Positions 16,254-20,123 of a DNA stretch of 20,123 nucleotides are shown here, one piece after another (position 1 is the stretch's first letter; each line of letters starts with the position of its first letter). The translations under genes and the position numbers were made by a program. The stretch is taken from the NCBI GenBank assembly GCA_964621445.1, contig CAZUNO010000035.1, forward strand, positions 1 to 20,123, written 5' to 3'. This stretch comes from Candidatus Hadarchaeota archaeon. Its GTDB lineage: Archaea > CAYQAE01 > CAYVLA01. Below the pieces are notes generated by a model. That model was not told the origin of the DNA. It made no database searches and saw only the letters and a program-made list of their open reading frames with translations.

Positions 16254-17660
16254 CTACTTGTTCAGCTTTGGTGCCTTCTCCAGGGCCTTCTCGGCTAGCT
16301 CCTTTGGGTATTCATAGTCCACGAGCTTGCCCTGGTGGTAAGCATCATAGGCGCTGAGGTCGAAGTGTCCATGTCCACTGTTCCCCATGAGTAGCGTCTT
16401 CTCCTCACCCGTCTCCTTGCATCTCAGGGCCTCGTCGATCCATCCCTTCACGGCATGCGCAGTTTCGGGAGCAACTACGAATCCCTCCGCCTTGGCGAAT
16501 ATGTGAGCGGCCTCAAAGGTCTCGTTCTGGTGGAAAGCTACCGCGTTTGTAACTCCCTCATTCTGTAGCTTGCACAGAATGGGGGCATCTCCGTGGTACC
16601 GGAGTCCTCCGGCGTGAATTGGAGGCGGAATGAATCTATGGCCCAGGGAATGCATCTTTAGGTATGGTGTATATCCTGCGGCATCTCCATGGTCATATAT
16701 GAAGGGGCCTTTGGTGAGGGTGGGGCATGAAACGGGCTCGCAGTGGGTGATCTGAAGCTCCTTTACGTCGTGTCCTGATGTGTCGATGTCCGATTTTCCG
16801 GTGATCTTATCGCCCGCGAAGGGTATGAATAGACCTGCAAAGTTGCTGCCACCGCCCGTGCATCCGAATATGTGGTCCGGGTAATCGCCTGCCATTTCGA
16901 ACTGCTTCTTGCACTCCAGTCCCTGGATGCTTTGATGGAGGAGTACGTGGTTAAGAACGCTGCCCAGGGAATATTTTGTCGATTCCTCTCCCATGGCCAC
17001 CTCTATGGCCTCGCTTATGGCCACACCGAGGCTACCCGGAGAGTCAGGGTCCTCCTTTAGGATTTGTCTTCCCGATTCGGTTCGTTCGGAGGGGCTGGGA
17101 TAGCATTCTGCACCCCATGTTTCCATCAATATTCTCCGGTAGGGCTTTTGATCATAGCTGATCCTTACCATGTAGACCTCTGCATCCAGGCCAAATAGCA
17201 TGGTGCCAAATGCCAGGGCACTACCCCATTGGCCTGCGCCGGTTTCGGTGGCTATCTTCTCAACGCCTTCCTCCCGGTTATAATAGGCCTGAGCGACCGC
17301 GGTATTGGGCTTGTGGCTTCCCGGGGGGCTGACGCCTTCCCAGTTGTAGTACATCTTAGCTGGAGTGTCAAGTTCCTTCTCTAGTCTTCTGGCCCGGTAG
17401 AGGGGAGTTGGCCTCCATAGACGATAAACATCCCGCACTTCCTCCGGGATGGAAATCCAACGTTGGGTTGAAGCTTCTTGCTTGATCAATTCCATGGGGA
17501 AGATGGGTGCCAGATCTTCTGGTTTTAGGGGTTCCTCCGTCTTGGGGTTAAGTGGCGGGTCCAGAGGTGTTGGAAGGTCCGCCTGGATATTGTACCATTC
17601 CGTTGGCATCTCATCCTCGTCAAGTAAGTATTTCACTTGCTCCAATTCGACCAAATCCAA
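16254..17660 (-). CDS. trpB2: Tryptophan synthase beta chain 2 (TrpB2, PLP-dependent)
   Basis: [20 protein letters not shown] (PLP lysine), [27 protein letters not shown] and SGHGHFD. Confidence 0.95.
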   Translation of the reverse strand: MDLVELEQVKYLLDEDEMPTEWYNIQADLPTPLDPPLNPKTEEPLKPEDLAPIFPMELIKQEASTQRWISIPEEVRDVYRLWRPTPLYRARRLEKELDTPAKMYYNWEGVSPPGSHKPNTAVAQAYYNREEGVEKIATETGAGQWGSALAFGTMLFGLDAEVYMVRISYDQKPYRRILMETWGAECYPSPSERTESGRQILKEDPDSPGSLGVAISEAIEVAMGEESTKYSLGSVLNHVLLHQSIQGLECKKQFEMAGDYPDHIFGCTGGGSNFAGLFIPFAGDKITGKSDIDTSGHDVKELQITHCEPVSCPTLTKGPFIYDHGDAAGYTPYLKMHSLGHRFIPPPIHAGGLRYHGDAPILCKLQNEGVTNAVAFHQNETFEAAHIFAKAEGFVVAPETAHAVKGWIDEALRCKETGEEKTLLMGNSGHGHFDLSAYDAYHQGKLVDYEYPKELAEKALEKAPKLNK

Positions 17661-17687
17661 ATGAATTTAAGTGATGTTTAAGGGATC

Positions 17688-17695
17688 ATTATTAA
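17688..17695 (-). promoter_or_regulatory. Probable TATA box of trpB2
   Basis: The minus strand reads AAAG-TTAATAAT, ending 27 bp before the TTG start. Confidence 0.45.
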
Positions 17696-17701
17696 CTTTA
17701 T

Positions 17702-17717
17702 TGTACATAAATGTACA
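17702..17717. promoter_or_regulatory. Paired TRP boxes (TGTACA-N4-TGTACA), TrpY-type operator
   Basis: TGTACATAAATGTACA, 41 bp upstream of the trpB2 start. It matches the TGTACA TRP-box pair bound by TrpY in Methanothermobacter thermautotrophicus. Confidence 0.8.
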
Positions 17718-17907
17718 GGAATACGGCTGAAACATCAATTTATTACAATGATCCTAGCGAGGTACGCGCTCGTCAACTTCACGGTGAAGAGCTGGGACAA
17801 CTACCTAGCAAACAGCTTTTAAAGAGAGATGGAGCCTCCTGGCAATGAAGGATCCTTTTCGATTATGAAGGAGATTGGGGATTCCTCTTATTCCTCGATT
17901 TCCGTAT

Positions 17908-20123
17908 TTACCATTTCCATGAGAAAAACTGGTTGATTTGCCTGCCTAATAGGAATGAAATAACGATCATGAGGGTACCGAACATGCCCATCTCACCTAT
18001 CCCACCGATTATCGAGGGGTTTATTGACAGGGATTTCAGCGCAAGTCTCTTGGATTCATCATAGTTTCCCTTGTCATATTCCTCAATCCCCCTCTGAAGC
18101 AGGTTCTCATGGGCCTCCGTGTATTTTCCTGATCCCCTCGCCCTTTCTATAATCTCCTCCACCGTGCCAAGGAGGTACTCCAACTCCATTTTTAGGAGGT
18201 CCGCTGGAAGGTTTTCTAGCCTTATATATTCCTTAAAATCCTGGGCTCCGGTGTTATTGGCAATTATGTTGTCGCTTGATGAGACCAGTTCTATGGCGTG
18301 CCAATTCTTTACCACGGTGTTATTGGTGATCCTGTTGCCCTCGGAGTTCTCAAGCAGGAAGGCGGAGTCCCCGCCCCTTTCAATTAGGTTCGAGGTAATC
18401 GTGTTTCGGTTCGACGAATTCATGTAGATGGCATGGAGCTGGTTGTTGTAGAAGTGGTTATCGGTAATGATGTTCCTCTCCGAATGATCAATGTATATTG
18501 CGTTATCGTTGCCGAGAAATTTGTTTTGAGTGATCGTGTTATGGCTTGATACGACCCTTACGGCGGCATTGGTCCAGCCCTTGGAGCCGGTAATCTCGAA
18601 GCCCTTAAGGGTGATTCCATCAGCCGACAGTTTCAGGACACTTCCGCTCGTCCACTTCTCGACGAGTGGCTTGCCTGTTCCCGTGTCAAGCCCTTTGAGG
18701 TGAAGTGCCTTATCAACCACTATGAGCTGGCTATAGTTCCCTGATCCGACCTCGATGGTATGACCGGATTCGGTGTCAGGGTCATCGATGGCCTCCTGTA
18801 TAGATATGAACATCTCATCGGTGTCCGCGTTACGGATGGTCAGGTTAGCGGAGAGATACACCTGGAAGGATGCCCGTCGGTAAGCTGCCTGACCTCCCTT
18901 GGTGGAGTTCACCTCGATGTAGGTATCCCCTGTTGGATGGTCATGAGCAATATCGTAATTCCCTGTGTAGATACCGTCCCCAGGAGTGCTATCCCCATGT
19001 GTACCGTCATCGTACATCGAGAAGGGACCATCCACATCCTGGTCGGGTTTGGTTACCGTGAATAGGACCTGGGCGCCAAGGGCAGGTCTGGATGCGTTCT
19101 CGACGCGTGCCGTGATGGTCGCCCTCTGACCACCGGTGTACCAGCTCCTGTCGGTATTAACGGTGATCGAGAAAAAGTATCCTGCTGCCGGGAACCAGCA
19201 GCCCTTGGAGTAGGCTCCTTTCAGTGTGAGCCAGTCCTGTTGGGCCTGGTACTCGGCCGGGTAGGCGGAGTGCACGTACTCTGGCCACGGTGCTTCAGCC
19301 GGGAAGGACCCGCCTGCGGTTAGGCAGTATAGCTGTGTCTCAGTGTGGCTGTTGCCGTTCAGTTCGACGATCCATTCGGACTCGCCATCCATGTCTACAT
19401 CGCCCCACCAGCCACCGTTCTCCTGCCTCCTGTTCACCGCGACATGATCGTTCCAGTAATATGCCTCCAGCTGCCCCGTGACTGCATCCGTGACGATAGG
19501 ATATGGTGCCAGCCACAGGACCTCCAGCTCCATGTCGCCATCGATATCGGCGATGAGTGGATAATTGGACCAATGGCTGACCTCGGCACCCTGGGGTATG
19601 AGTTCCTGATCGACCCATTGGGAAACGTCCCTCTCCCATTTGGTGGTCATGGTGGCCAGGTCTATGACGTAGATGGCCGATTCGGACATGAGTGCCATGT
19701 CCAGATTCCCATCATGATCCACATCCCCCATAGCCGGGGTGAGCCTGATGTTACTGCCGTGAGGTTCTGTCCACCTGTCGATCTCGGTCCCATTGGAACT
19801 AACCACGATAACCGAATTCACATCTCTATCATTCCAGATTACAGCCTCGAACTCGCCGTCGTTGGTAACATCGGCAACGAAGCAGGGGTTTGTCTGCATG
19901 TTAGCTCCGGAATCGAATCTCCACTCCTCTGTACCGCTATCGGCTGAGATGCAGTAAAGGAAGTGGTCCTGGCTGGCCCACAGGACCTCGAAGGTATCAT
20001 CCCTGTCAATATCGGCGATTGTGGGGTGCCCCTGGTTGGATTCTCCAGCCTGGAAGGAAGTCCAAACCAGTTCTCCTTCATGGCTGACGCGGTGAATAAA
20101 CCCCGAGGCATCGTTCATGAAGA
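17908..20123 (-). CDS. Large cell-surface protein, probably 5'-truncated by the window: FG-GAP/VCBS beta-propeller + Ig-like (choice-of-anchor-X-like) + NosD/CASH beta-helix + C-terminal TM anchor
   Basis: Five Dx(D/T)xD(G/D/M) calcium-blade-like motifs, MYDDGTHGD..PGDGIYTG, SIQEAID...TIEVGSGNY, repeated N-x-I-x-x-N and a C-terminal hydrophobic helix. The frame is open to the window edge. Confidence 0.85.
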   Translation of the reverse strand, partial: FMNDASGFIHRVSHEGELVWTSFQAGESNQGHPTIADIDRDDTFEVLWASQDHFLYCISADSGTEEWRFDSGANMQTNPCFVADVTNDGEFEAVIWNDRDVNSVIVVSSNGTEIDRWTEPHGSNIRLTPAMGDVDHDGNLDMALMSESAIYVIDLATMTTKWERDVSQWVDQELIPQGAEVSHWSNYPLIADIDGDMELEVLWLAPYPIVTDAVTGQLEAYYWNDHVAVNRRQENGGWWGDVDMDGESEWIVELNGNSHTETQLYCLTAGGSFPAEAPWPEYVHSAYPAEYQAQQDWLTLKGAYSKGCWFPAAGYFFSITVNTDRSWYTGGQRATITARVENASRPALGAQVLFTVTKPDQDVDGPFSMYDDGTHGDSTPGDGIYTGNYDIAHDHPTGDTYIEVNSTKGGQAAYRRASFQVYLSANLTIRNADTDEMFISIQEAIDDPDTESGHTIEVGSGNYSQLIVVDKALHLKGLDTGTGKPLVEKWTSGSVLKLSADGITLKGFEITGSKGWTNAAVRVVSSHNTITQNKFLGNDNAIYIDHSERNIITDNHFYNNQLHAIYMNSSNRNTITSNLIERGGDSAFLLENSEGNRITNNTVVKNWHAIELVSSSDNIIANNTGAQDFKEYIRLENLPADLLKMELEYLLGTVEEIIERARGSGKYTEAHENLLQRGIEEYDKGNYDESKRLALKSLSINPSIIGGIGEMGMFGTLMIVISFLLGRQINQFFSWKW

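Noticed and set aside
12239-17664. Short alternative-frame and antisense ORFs within the methyltransferase-to-trpB2 run
   Set aside because: They overlap confident genes and have no recognisable motifs.
17748-17822. 24-aa ORF MILARYALVNFTVKSWDNYLANSF divergent from trpB2, containing the palindrome CTTCAC-G-GTGAAG (17777-17789)
   Set aside because: It is on the wrong strand for a trp leader peptide, has a single Trp and no RBS, and shows no resemblance to TrpY that I can see.
18119-19947. Plus-strand ORFs of up to 200 aa opposite the surface protein
   Set aside because: Antisense shadows in GC-rich coding sequence.
1-20123. CRISPR arrays, transposases, integrases, rRNA or tRNA genes
   Set aside because: No regularly spaced repeats or such motifs were seen by eye, and all intergenic gaps are under about 250 bp.

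Overview
Archaeal chromosomal segment. The evidence is archaeal-type gene families (Rqc2/RqcH, TPD/C15orf41-like nuclease, HTH-CBS regulator, UPF0282 hydrolase, TrpB2, HAE3-type RND transporter), TATA-like promoters and GGTGA/GGAGG ribosome-binding sites; I cannot assign a lineage. It holds about 20 CDS, mostly housekeeping or conserved-hypothetical, and I see no rRNA, tRNA, CRISPR array or mobile element. All family calls come from recognising motifs by eye; no database search was run. I cannot demonstrate a wholly new system. The best leads are: (1) a tightly overlapped three-gene operon linking a CDIN1/TPD-like nuclease to two membrane proteins, followed by a ~90-nt candidate structured RNA; (2) a TGTACA-N4-TGTACA TrpY-type operator in front of a stand-alone trpB2; (3) a 51-aa zinc-ribbon gene missed by the ORF track; (4) a TTTAAA box exactly midway between two divergent GTG starts; (5) an RND transporter with Thr in place of the second proton-relay Asp; (6) an unassigned multi-zinc-finger protein.
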